Part shown: positions 12,895-25,678 of the stretch, piece by piece
Numbering within the stretch: position 1 is the first letter of the stretch
How the letters are laid out: each line of letters starts with the position of its first letter
Assembly (NCBI GenBank): GCA_002269645.1
Contig: NIVC01000404.1
Span: 186,488 to 250,487, forward strand
Direction of reading: 5' to 3'
Source of the DNA: Macrostomum lignano
Taxonomy: Eukaryota
DNA: 64,000 bases
Made by a program: the position numbers and the translations under genes
Notes under the pieces: model-generated
The model's database searches: none
Told to the model about the DNA's origin: nothing
Seen by the model: the letters and a program-made list of their open reading frames with translations, nothing else

Positions 12895-14820
12895 CCTTTC
12901 TCATCTGACACTCTCTGCCTCCATCTCACTCTCTCTACCTCCATCTCACTCAGTCTACCTCCATCTCACTGTATCTACCTCCATTTCACACTCCCTACCT
13001 CCATTTCACACTCTCTACCTCCATCTCACTCACTGTACTCCAATCTAACTCTCTCTACCTCCATCTCACTCACTGTACCCCAATCTAACTCTCTCTACCT
13101 CCATCTCACTCAGTCTACCTCCATCTCACTGTCTCTTTCTCCATCTCACTCTGTCTACCTCCATCTCACTGTCTCTACCTCCATCTCACTCTGTCTACCT
13201 CCATCTTACCCTGTATAAACCCATTTCACACTCTCTATGCCTCCATCTCACTGTCTCTTTCTCCATCTCACTCTGTCTACCTCCATCTCACTGTCTCTAC
13301 CTCCATCTCACTCTGTCTACCTCCATCTCACTGTCTCTACCTCCATCTCACTCTGTCTACCTCCATCTTACCCTGTATAAACCCATTTCACACTCTCTAT
13401 GCCTCCATCTCACTGTCTCTTTCTCCATCTCACTCTGTCTACCTCCATCTTACCCTGTATAAACCCATTTCACACTCTCTATGCCTCCATCTCACTGTCT
13501 CTTTCTCCATCTCACTCTGTCTACCTACATCTCACTGTTTCTAACTCCATCTCCTATTCTCTACCTCCATCTCACTCTGTCTACCTACATCTCACTGTTT
13601 CTAACTCCATCTCACTCTGTCTACCTCCATCTCACTGTCTCTACCTCCATCTAACTCTCTCTACCTCCATCTCACTCACTGTACCCCAATCTAACTCTCT
13701 CTACCTCCATCTCACTCAGTCTACCTCCATCTCACTGTCTCTTTCTCCATCTCACTCTGTCTACCTCCATCTCACTGTCTCTACCTCCATCTCACTGTCT
13801 ACCTCCATCTTACCCTGTATAAACCCATTTCACACTCTCTATGCCTCCATCTCACTGTCTCTTTCTCCATCTCACTCTGTCTACCTACATCTCACTGTTT
13901 CTAACTCCATCTCCTATTCTCTACCTCCATCTCACTCTGTCTACCTCCATCTTACCCTGTATAAACCCATTTCACACTCTCTATGCCTCCATCTCACTGT
14001 CTCTTTCTCCATCTCACTCTGTCTACCTCCATCTCACTGTCTCTACCTCCATCTCACTCTGTCTACCTCCATCTCACTGTCTCTACCTCCATCTCACTCT
14101 GTCTACCTCCATCTTACCCTGTATAAACCCATTTCACACTCTCTATGCCTCCATCTCACTGTCTCTTTCTCCATCTCACTCTGTCTACCTCCATCTTACC
14201 CTGTATAAACCCATTTCACACTCTCTATGCCTCCATCTCACTGTCTCTTTCTCCATCTCACTCTGTCTACCTACATCTCACTGTTTCTAACTCCATCTCC
14301 TATTCTCTACCTCCATCTCACTCTGTCTACCTACATCTCACTGTTTCTAACTCCATCTCACTCTGTCTACCTCCATCTCACTGTCTCTACCTCCATCTAA
14401 CTCTCTCTACCTCCATCTCACTCACTGTACCCCAATCTAACTCTCTCTACCTCCATCTCACTCAGTCTACCTCCATCTCACTGTCTCTTTCTCCATCTCA
14501 CTCTGTCTACCTCCATCTCACTGTCTCTACCTCCATCTCACTGTCTACCTCCATCTTACCCTGTATAAACCCATTTCACACTCTCTATGCCTCCATCTCA
14601 CTGTCTCTTTCTCCATCTCACTCTGTCTACCTACATCTCACTGTTTCTAACTCCATCTCCTATTCTCTACCTCCATCTCACTCTGTCTACCTACATCTCA
14701 CTGTTTCTAACTCCATCTCCTATTCTCTACCTCCATCTCACTCTGTCTACTTACATCTCACTGTTTCTAACTCCATCTCCTATTCTCTACCTCCATCTCA
14801 CCCTGTCTACCTCCACCTGA
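12895..14820. repeat. Pyrimidine-rich ~20-bp satellite (CTACCTCCATCTCACTCTGT) with higher-order duplication
   Basis: Near-identical ORF starts recur at a 746-bp offset (13399/14145; 13841/14587). Confidence 0.9.
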
Positions 14821-15011
14821 ATCTCTTCTTCCCTCTATTTGCATTCCTTCTTTCATCTCTGCAACTATCTTATTTCATTGTTCCCCAGAATTCAACCTTT
14901 CACTTCTACATTTCATTATCTGCATGCTCATATTACGCCTCCTCACTGCACAGCTCTCAAAAGCCCTTTGCACTCTTCACTGAACTTCACTTGCATTCAT
15001 TCACTACTTAC

Positions 15012-15190
15012 TCTTCTAGCAGGCAGTCGTCAGTTTCACCGTCTTTGCAATCTTTTAACATCCTTGAGGCGGTGCCGGCACTCTCGAAGCTGCCTTCAGT
15101 TGAAAGTTGTTGCTGCTGTTGTTGTTTTTGTTGTGGCAGCAACATTTCCTGTTGCTTCTGTTGTTGCTGCTGTTGTCTTTTATGACTCAT
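15012..15190 (-). CDS. Candidate first coding exon, Gln-rich (MSHKRQQQQQQKQQEMLLPQQKQQQQQQLSTEGSFESAGTASRMLKDCKDGETDDCLLE)
   Basis: ATG-initiated open frame ending at a GTAAGT donor in phase 2. Gene assignment uncertain. Confidence 0.4.
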
Positions 15191-15449
15191 AAGGAAACAC
15201 AATTGTACTGAATTGCTATAGCGATTTAAAACTTTACATTGCAATGACGACATTCATTAAGCGAACTCAGTGAAATAATTTATACAGAAGTCTTTGAGTC
15301 AATTGGGGTGGCGACTCTCAACCAATAATATTCTACTGAGCTGGAGAACTTTTGCCTAATGCCTGTACGTCTGCATGTGGGCATCTATAGTGACAGCTGA
15401 CTGATCCTGTATGTACTTTAATCTCTGGATCTGGTTGAGCTGGAGAAGT

Positions 15450-15975
15450 CAACTTGGGGTGTCTTCTTGACCAATTGGGGGTCTTTTCAAAAATAGGGTG
15501 TCTTCTTGACCAATTGGGGGTCTTTTCGAAAATAGGGTGTCTTCTTGACCAATTGGGGGTCTTTTCGAAAATAGGGTGTCTTCATGAGTTGGGGTGTCTT
15601 TTTGAATTGGGGTGTCTTTGAATTGGGGTGTCTTCTTGAGTTGGGTTGTCTTCTTGAGTTGGGTCGTCTTCTTGAATTGGGGTGTCTTCTTGAATTGGGG
15701 TGTCTTCATCACCAATTGGGGTGTCTTCTTCACCAGTTGGGGTGTCTTCTTCACCAGTTGGGGTGTCTTCTTCACCAGTTGGGGTGTCTTCTTCACCAAT
15801 TGGGGTGTCTTCTTCACCAGTTGGGGTGTCTTCTTCACCAATTGGGGTGTCTTCTTCACCAATTGGGGTGTCTTCTTCACCAATTGTTGTGTCTTCACAC
15901 TAATCGGGGGTCTTCTCGGAATTTGCTGTGTCTTTTTGAATTGGGGTGTCTTCTTTTCGAAATTGGGGTGTCTTC
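15450..15975. repeat. 18/21-bp minisatellite (TTGGGGTGTCTTCTTCACCAA)n
   Basis: Direct copies. Confidence 0.9.
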
Positions 15976-16869
15976 TCCTATTGAAGTTTCTTCTTCCACT
16001 TTAAGTCCGAACTCTTAGTTCTAGGCTGGAGTGTTTTACTCATTCATGACAGGGCTGTCTGTGTAACTCTAAGATTGTCTTCTCTAAGTTCGATGTATAT
16101 AATCAAGAGACAAGGGGCGCCCACCAAGAGACATTGGCGCTAACCAAGAGACAGGGGGCGGCCAAGAGACAGGGGTTGCCCACCAAAAGAGACAGGGGCG
16201 CCCACCAAGAGACAGGGGTCGCCAACCAAGATACCACAAGACCAATACCAAAAACGATACAACTTGAAGCAACACGCAAAGCACCCGATGCACTTTTTGT
16301 TTGTGCTCAGCGCAGTGCCATGCTTGAGTGGACACAGGAGAGTCCAACTTTCAAGAGAGTTCACAGCCTTCAAGACCGAAAATCTACTTATACGCAGCAA
16401 TTCAGCGTAACCGCTAGCACGACTTGATAATTTTATCTGGCAATTGAGCTGATGCAATTATTGCAGATCAATAAAGCGAAGAAGACCTCGCAGAGTGCCT
16501 CATGAATTAATCGAATCCGCGCAAGACAGACAGACAGGACAGGCAGATACACAGATAGAGACAAGTCAAGGATGTCCTACATGGCCAACATGCAGCTTAG
16601 TTTGGGCTTTCTATAGCCCCGTTAATTACCTAACTATACACAAGCATAACAAACATTTATCTGTACATTTGTATCTTTTGTAAAAAGCACTTCCGGATGG
16701 CACAGGCTTTAACTTAGAGAAGACACGTTTGATACTTTGCACATGTTATTATGTCAAATAAGCTTAATATTGTAATTTTTAACTTTGTTTGCGATTATCA
16801 CCCTCACTTCAAGCATATATAAAAACATTAACTAAATATTTCATATTACCTAGATAATAGCTTATTAAT

Positions 16870-17200
16870 GACCAAAATTTATGCTGCTTTATGACCAAAA
16901 CTCATGTTTCTCAATCATGAACTACCGTGATGTCTTGCTCTTTTACAATATGACCGAAATTCATGTTGGTTTATAACCAAAATTCATGACCAGAATTCAT
17001 GCTGTTTTATGACCGAAGTTCATGTTGGTTTATGATCGGTATTCATGTCCTTTATGATCAAAATTCATGTTGGTTATGACCGAAGTTCATGCTGTTTTAT
17101 GACCGACGTTCATGTTGTTTATGCCCGGAATTAATGTTGGTTTATGACCGAAGTTCATGTTGGTTGATGACCAGAACTCATGACGTTTTATGACTCAAAC
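16870..17200. repeat. Diverged ~22-bp repeat (TTTATGACCGAAGTTCATGTTGG)
   Basis: About 14 degenerate copies. Confidence 0.8.
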
Positions 17201-18337
17201 TCACAAGAAACGACCGAAACAGCAGCAACATTTCTTTTGCATGGATTTCGGTGAAAGAATAAAATTGCAACTTGCTTCAACTGATTACAAATTGTCTAAT
17301 AATAATTGTATTTTGATGCGAAATTTTAAATAACAATTTGTAATAGGCGGATATGGCTACATTAATAAATATTACTATATGTAATAACCAGTATCAAGTA
17401 AACAGTTTCGTATAAAAATGAATTTTCATGCCCTAAGAAACACACAAAGTACGCCTTGATTTCTTGGAATAGATATAGATTCAATTATTTATTTAAGCGC
17501 AGGACAGTTACAACATAAAACCAAACACTGATTATACTAGATTATACTACTAAAAGATAAAATAATAAAAAAACCTAAACACCCAACGATCAGCAGTTAT
17601 TGTTGCAAATTTTACCGAGGACCAACTACTTACAGTAGAGTGATAACGTAAATTAAAAGTTTCACTAAGCTACTAACAAATGTTTTTTTTATTAAAACTA
17701 AGCTTCTATAATCTAACAGTGATCCGATTTTGTAAGCAATAAAGTTGCAAATTTAAAACTGGAAAATATTATTTATAAAAAAGTCTTTACAAGTTGCTAA
17801 GCTAACTGATGTGCCATGTTATAATAAATTAATAATAATTAAACAAACATAAATGATAGAGTTATCACAGACTGACACCAAACAAATGACAAACAATCGG
17901 GTTGAAAATAATTTATGAAATATTAATAACACAACAGAGTGCAGACAGTAAGACACACTCAAACACACACAAAAAGCTTGCAAGACTCCCAAAGCGATTG
18001 GAAAAGGAAACAGACGTACTTGGATAAACACAAATGATAAACGAGAAAGAACAAACAAAAACAGTGTGTGTTAACTATATATATGCCAAGAGTAGTATTG
18101 GATGCGTATTATGCATTAGAGGTGTGCAACAGTTACATAACTTGTATAGGTAGGCTTATACAAGTTATATATAAAAAAAACACAATCTGGACCAGATGAA
18201 GTATCGCAGTTAAAAATAAATAACTATATGACAGTTATTTTATTAGCACTGCCATTGACTTTAATTGCTATAGGTTGTATTCGCCTGGCTTGACTACTAG
18301 AACCTAAAACAGTAGCAGTAGTGTAGCTGAAATGTTT

Positions 18338-21300
18338 TCAGTCTTCGGAATCATCTAATTTAGTTGCGTCAGCAGTTGTCTCAGTTAGAGGTAGGTCTGA
18401 AATAAAAATATGGTTGAAAGTTGGATTTTAAAATGTTATAAATAATGCTTCTCTATTTTTAGACGACAAAAGTACAAATCGAACTCGAAAAACATTGGTC
18501 TGTACTATACTATGTAAATTATTTGTGGGTGACGACTGGCTATGCGGCGAGTGTACATTGGTTTGGGGTGGTGGGTGAGGACTGGCTATGCGGCGAGTAT
18601 ACATTGGCTTGGGGTGGTGGGTGAGGACTGGCTATGCGGCGAGTGTACATTGGCTTGGGGTGGTGGGTGAGGACTGGCTATGCGGCGAGTGTACATTGGC
18701 TTGGGGTGGTGGGTGAGGACTGGCTATGCGGCGAGTGTACATTGGCTTGGGGTGGTGGGTGAGGACTGGCTATGCGGCGAGTGTACATTGGCTTGGGGTG
18801 GTGGGTGAGGACTGGCTATGCGGGGAGTAAACACTGATTTGGGCATCACAAATTATTCTTTAATAATAATCAATAACGTACAAAAGTTGAAAAAATGCTT
18901 CTAGTGATACAAAACATTATTAAGCAGCAGATAGTTAGCTGAAAAGTTTACTATATCTATAGGCACTGCACCGAACTAATGATAGCTAAATTTCTACTAC
19001 AAATTTAGAATTGATTTTAGATTTAATTCGTGCAAAATGACTCATTGTACTGTGATCAAAAAGTAGAAAATTAGAAAAGATAAGCGGGATTAATTAATTA
19101 ATCAGATTAGATAAGCATTTTAGCAGCAAGCCAGTATAGACAAAGTAAGTATGTGAAAGTGCAAATCGTTTGTGATTAATTGATTACATTGTAGACAAAG
19201 CCTTTAATGGACAATTAAAAATCGTTTAAAGCACTCCAACTGCTTTAACTAATCTTACACCTTGATACCCAAAGTCAAATACAAAAGAAACCGTAAAAAA
19301 TTATTCTTGTGTTTTCATTCAACTACCTTATTATGTGGTGGATGCCCGACCAATAAGAATCAAGGATGGGCGGGTGGGTTTGCTGACTAATAGGAATAAA
19401 GAATAGGGCGGGTGTGTGTCTCGACCAGTAGGAATGAACGAGTGGGGCGGGTGGGTGTCCCGACCAATAAGAATAAAGGATAGGGCGGGTCGGTGTCTCG
19501 ACCAATAGGAATGAAATATGGGGCAGGGTGGGTTTTCTGACTAATAACAATGAAGGATGAGCGGGGTGGGTGTCATGACCAATAAGAATGAAGGATGGGG
19601 CGGGGTAAGTGTCCCGACCAATGGGAATGAAGGATGAGCGGGGTGGGTGTCATGACCAATAAGAATGAAGGATGGGGCGGGGTAAGTGTCCCGACCAATG
19701 GGAATGAAGGATAAGCGGGGTGGGTGTCCTGACTAATAGGAATGAAGGATGGGCGGGGTGGGTGTCCTGACCAATAGGAATGAAGGATGGGCGGGGTGGG
19801 TGGCCTTATCGATAAGCATGAAGGATGGGGCGGGTCGGTGTCTCGACCAATAGGAATTAAGGATGGGCGGGGTGGGTGGGTGTCCTGACTAATAAGAATG
19901 TAGGATAGGGCGGGTGGGTGTCCCGACCAATAAGAATGAAGGATGTGGCGGGGGGGGTGTCCCGACCAATGGGTGAAGGAAAGGTCAGTCCTCTGATTTA
20001 AATTAAAATTACAAGTTTACTAAGAGTCTTTCGTCAATATAAAATAACATCGTTTGTCAACAACTTTTACCGTGTGTATTCCAGATGCTCCAGCTCCAAT
20101 TCCAACCACTGTTGATTATAGTATTAAAGAAAAATATGCAAATGCACACATTTAGCACCGCAAATGCGATAATGACAACAAAAAATGAATAAACTGTTGG
20201 CGTGGCCTAAATGATAACACCCTAAACTAGATTAAAAACTAATATCCAATTGAATTTGAAAATATTTTTGTGCAATATTTCGTGCAGATAGGAGGGTATA
20301 TGAAGTTATTAAGTATGCATTTAACAGCTTACTACCTTATTAGTAGCACTACTACATATATAAGATTAACTTTAGTAATTTGAGTAGCTACTAAATATAT
20401 AATAAAATTTCTATACCATGTTATAATTACATGTAAAGGTAGTTAGTAAGTTTATAAATGCGCGAAATTCATACCACTACTACTTTTACTACTACTAATG
20501 CTGGAATTTAAGTAGAATATTATGCATGCGGCATACTAAGCATTAACTTATATAGCTGACCTAAATATATTAATCAAAAAGAAATTGTTATTAATCAGAC
20601 AAGATAACATTTAGGCAACACAGACGAATGAAAACAAGAAAAACAATTTAAAAAACTGGGGGAATCTACAGAGTTTTTAAAATGAATGTTGGATTTATAA
20701 TTTGTTAATAGATAATAAAAATTACGCCAGACGAAGAAAGCAGAGGAGAGACGTGAGACATAAGAGAGTGAGACAGGAGAAGGAAGAAAGGAGAGAAGAG
20801 AGACTGGAGTAGGGAGACAGGAGAGAAGGGAGACAGGAGAAGTGAGACAGGAGAGAAGTGAGACAGGAGAAGGGAGACAGGAGAAGTGAGACAGGAGAAC
20901 GGAGACAGGAGAAGGGAGACAGGAGAAGTGAGACAGGAGAACGGAGACAGGAGAAGGGAGACAGGAGAAGGGAGACAGAAGAGAAGGGAGACAGGAGAAG
21001 GGAGACAGGACAGAAGGGAGACAGGAGAGAGGGAGACAAGAGAAGGGAGACAGGAGAAGTGAGACAGGAGAGAAGGGAGACAGGAGAAGTGAGACAGGAC
21101 AGAAGGGAGACAGAAGTGAGACAGGAGAGAAGGGAGACAGGAGAGAAGGGAGACAGGAGAAGGGAGACAGGAGAGAAGGGAGACAAGAGAAGTGAGACAG
21201 GAGAGAAGGGAGACAGGAGAGAAGGGAGACAGGAGAAGGGAGACAGGAGAGAAGGGAGACAGGAGAGAAGGGAGACAGGAGAGAAGGGAGACAGGAGAGA

Positions 21301-24300
21301 AGGGAGACAGGAGAGAAGGGAGACAGGAGAAGGGAGACAAGAGAGAAGGGAGACAAGAGAAGTGAGACAGGAGAAGGGAGACAGGAGAAGGGAGACAGGA
21401 GAGAAGGGAGACAGGAGAAGGGAGACAGGAGAAGGGAGACAAGAGAAGTGAGACAGGAGAAGGGAGACAGGAGAGAAGGGAGACAGGAGAAGGAAGACAG
21501 GACAAGGGAGACAGGAGAAGGGAGACAGGAGAAGGAAGACAGGAGAAGGGAGACAGAAGATGGGAGACAGGAGAAGGAAGACAGGAGAAGGGAGACAGTA
21601 GAAGGGAGACAGGAAAAGGGAGACAGGAGAAGGGAGACAGGAAAAGGGAGACAGGAGAAGGGAGACAGGAAAAGGGAGACAGGAGAAGGGAGACAGGAGA
21701 AGGGAGACAGGAGAAGGGAGACAGGAAAAGGGAGACAGGAGAAGGGAGACAGGAGAAGTGAGACAAGAGAGAAGGGAGACAGGAGAAGGGAGACAGGAGA
21801 AGGGAGACAGGAAAAGGGAGACAGGAGAAGGGAGACAGGAGAAGGGAGACAGGAAAAGGGAGACAGGAGAAGGGAGACAGGAGAAGGGAGACAGGAGAAG
21901 TGAGACAAGAGAGAAGGGAGACAGGAGAGAAGGGAGACAAGAGAGAAGGGAGACAGGAGAGAAGGGAGACAGGAGAGAAGGGAGACAGGAGAGAAGGGAG
22001 ACAGGAGAGAAGGGAGACAGGAGAGAAGGGAGACAGGAGAGAAGGGAGACAGGAGAGAAGGGAGACAGGAGAAGTGAGACAGGAGAAGGGAGACAAGGTG
22101 TGCAAGGGTCGCACACTAAAATTAAAGCCAGTGTTAAAAACTACATTAAAACGCCAGCTACAAAGTAGCAGAGATTAGGGGCAGCAGAACGTGAAGCACG
22201 GCAGCAAATAGCCCAGTAACTCACCGTTCCCGTGGCTGCCAGACCTGATCAACAGTCTTGGTGTCGCAGAGTCCCACGGGGTCAAGTCGCGATCGTCGAT
22301 GGCGCCGGCTGGCTGCGACTGCGGCAGTGCGGCGGCGGCGACTGTCGAGAGGGCGGAACCGCTGCTGTCTGTTGCGATGGGAGAAGGGAGATGAGAAACT
22401 ATAGAATGGAGATAGAGGGATAGAATGAAGGGGACAGGGGGATAGAATGAAGGGGGACAGGGGGATAGAATGAAGGGGGACAGGGGGATAGAATAAAGGG
22501 AGACAGGGGGATAGAATGGAGACAGAAGGATAGAATGAAGGGAGAACTGGAGAAGGGATGAAAGTATGAAAGGAGACATACATGTACGATTCAGACAGAG
22601 TCAGACACAGGAGAACTGGACACAGAGAGAGTCAGACACAGGAGAACTGGACACAGAGAGAGTCAGACACAGGAGAACTGGACACAGAGAGAGTCAGACA
22701 CAGGAGAACTGGACACAGAGTCAGACACAGGAGAACTGGACACAGAGAGAGACACAGGAGAACTGGACACAGAGAGAGTCAGACACAGGAGAACTGGACA
22801 CAGAGAGAGTCAGACACAGAAGAACTGGACACAGAGAGAGTCAGACACAGGAGAACTGGACACAGAGAGAGTCAGACACAGGAGAACTGGACACAGAGAG
22901 AGTCAGACACAGGAGAACTGGACACAGAGAGAGTCAGACACAGGAGAACTGGACACAGAGAGAGTCAGACACAGGAGAACTGGACACAGAGAGAGTCAGA
23001 CACAGGAGAACTGGACACAGAGAGAGTCAGACACAGGAGAACTGGACACAGAGAGAGTCAGACACAGGAGAACTGGACACAGAGAGAGTCAGACACAGGA
23101 GAACTGGACACAGAGAGAGTCAGACACAGGAGAACTGGACACAGAGAGAGTCAGACACAGGAGAACTGGACACAGAGAGAGTCAGACACAGGAGAACTGG
23201 ACACAGAGAGAGTCAGACACAGGAGAACTGGACACAGAGAGAGTCAGACACAGGAGAACTGGACACAGAGAGAGTCAGACACAGGAGAACTGGACACAGA
23301 GAGAGTCAGACACAGGAGAACTGGACACAGAGAGAGTCAGACACAGGAGAACTGGACACAGAGTCAGACACAGGAGAACTGGACACAGAGAGAGACACAG
23401 GAGAACTGGACACAGAGAGAGTCAGACACAGGAGAACTGGACACAGAGAGAGTCAGACACAGAAGAACTGGACACAGAGAGAGTCAGACACAGGAGAACT
23501 GGACACAGAGAGAGTCAGACACAGGAGAACTGGACACAGAGAGAGTCAGACACAGGAGAACTGGACACAGAGAGAGTCAGACACAGGAGAACTGGACACA
23601 GAGAGAGTCAGACACAGGAGAACTGGACACAGAGAGAGTCAGACACAGGAGAACTGGACACAGAGAGAGTCAGACACAGGAGAACTGGACACAGAGAGAG
23701 TCAGACACAGGAGAACTGGACACAGAGAGAGTCAGACACAGGAGAACTGGACACAGAGAGAGTCAGACACAGGAGAACTGGACACAGAGAGAGTCAGACA
23801 CAGGAGAACTGGACACAGAGAGAGTCAGACACAGGAGAACTGGACACAGAGAGAGTCAGACACAGGAGAACTGGACACAGAGAGAGTCAGACACAGGAGA
23901 ACTGGACACAGAGAGAGTCAGACACAGAAGAACTGGACACAGAGAGAGTCAGACACAGGAGAACTGGACACAGAGAGAGTCAGACACAGGAGAACTGGAT
24001 ACAGAGAGAGACACAGGAGAACTGGACACAGAGAGAGTCAGACACAGGAGAACTGGACACAGAGAGAGACAGACACAGGAGAACTGGACACAGAGAGAGT
24101 CAGACACAGGAGAACTGGACACAGAGAGAGACAGACACAGGAGAACTGGACACAGAGAGAGTCAGACACAGGAGAACGGGACACAGAGAGAGACACAGGA
24201 GAGCTGGACACAGAGAGAGTCAGACACAGGAGAACTGGACACAGAGAGAGTCAGACACAGGAGAACTGGACACAGAGAGACACAGGAGAACTGAACACAG

Positions 24301-25511
24301 AGAGAGTCAGACACAGAACTGGACAAGAGAGAGTCAGACACAGGAGAACTGGACACAGAGAGAGTCAGACACAGGAGAACTGGACACAGAGAGAGACACA
24401 GGAGAACTGAACACAGAGAGAGTCAGACACAGGACAACTGGACACAGACTATCAGCAGTCCTCACCATCCAGTCCAGCAGAGACGGCCACGGCAGCCATC
24501 ATACTGGCAGGCCGGAGACCATCGCTGCCGCTTAAACAACCAGAATCGTCGATAGTGGATGATCGACCGCGCGTCGCCGCGCGTCGCCTGCTGGGCGCCG
24601 ATTTCATAGCTGGGCGAGGGCGATGGTAAAATAGCATGATAATTATATCAGTGTTGCCTTTAAAATTACGCTCAGTTGAGCAGATATCAAATAAGTGAGA
24701 TCTATGTGAATTAATAATTAAATAATTACACGTATATACGCGAGTGAACACAGCCAGCGATAAAACATATCTTATCTTATTTGAACAAGTAATTAACTGG
24801 CAGTTGTGGCAGAAAAATAATTTCTAGAAAATTTGTTAATTACGAGTATAATTACAGACATTTTGTAATAAACAGGTAAAGCGATATTTAATAGGCCAAT
24901 AAAAACTGAGATTATTTCTCTATTTTATTACCTTGACATTTATAGGTAATATTTATATAGTAAGCCGTCAGAAAAAAAGTTAACGCACTACTGACTAAAG
25001 CAAATCTAATTCAGTAGTATAGATATATACGTCAAATTTTAAATATTAGAATATTTTTTAAAGAAAATAGACTCTACGCAGTTAAACGCACAGCGGTAAT
25101 TCAATTAAACATTAATTTTGTATTGAAAAAGTATTAATCAAAATCTTACCAATCGCAGCTGAGGCTGTTTATGTTAATTTGAAAAAATAGGGCAATATTA
25201 ACATTTTTATTTCTCTTTTAAAAAAGGCGGCAATGTTCGATTATTCTACTTGCGCCCGCACAGTAGTTTAAGGCAGTAGTATACTATTTCTTCAATAAAT
25301 TACTTACACGAAGACAATAATAAAGTGCAGCTAAATTAGCCCAACAACCAAAAATTTAGAAAACTATCTGACACAACAGTTACTGGAATAAACTTACGAA
25401 ATATCCAATAAATGCAAATATTTCTACGAAGCATATAACTAAATTTAATACCCCTGTACATTGGAAAAACAATTCAGTTCTAATAAAAACAATACAGGTT
25501 TTTTGTCTGCC

Positions 25512-25544
<33 letters not shown>

Positions 25545-25555
25545 GCCTGTCTTGC

Positions 25556-25594
<39 letters not shown>

Positions 25595-25645
25595 AGGGAT
25601 GTATGTTTGTCTGTCTGTCTTTGTGTCTGTCTTTCTGTCTGTCTT

Positions 25646-25678
<33 letters not shown>

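Noticed and set aside
15449-16010. Acidic EEDTP[I/T]G coding repeat on the minus strand
   Set aside because: The frame is broken by stops and shifts at both ends, with no clear splice context
16084-17230. Coding-looking islands (16240-16430 on either strand; MLLLFRSFL plus GTGAGT donor near 17200)
   Set aside because: No recognisable homology and no unambiguous exon chain; left unannotated
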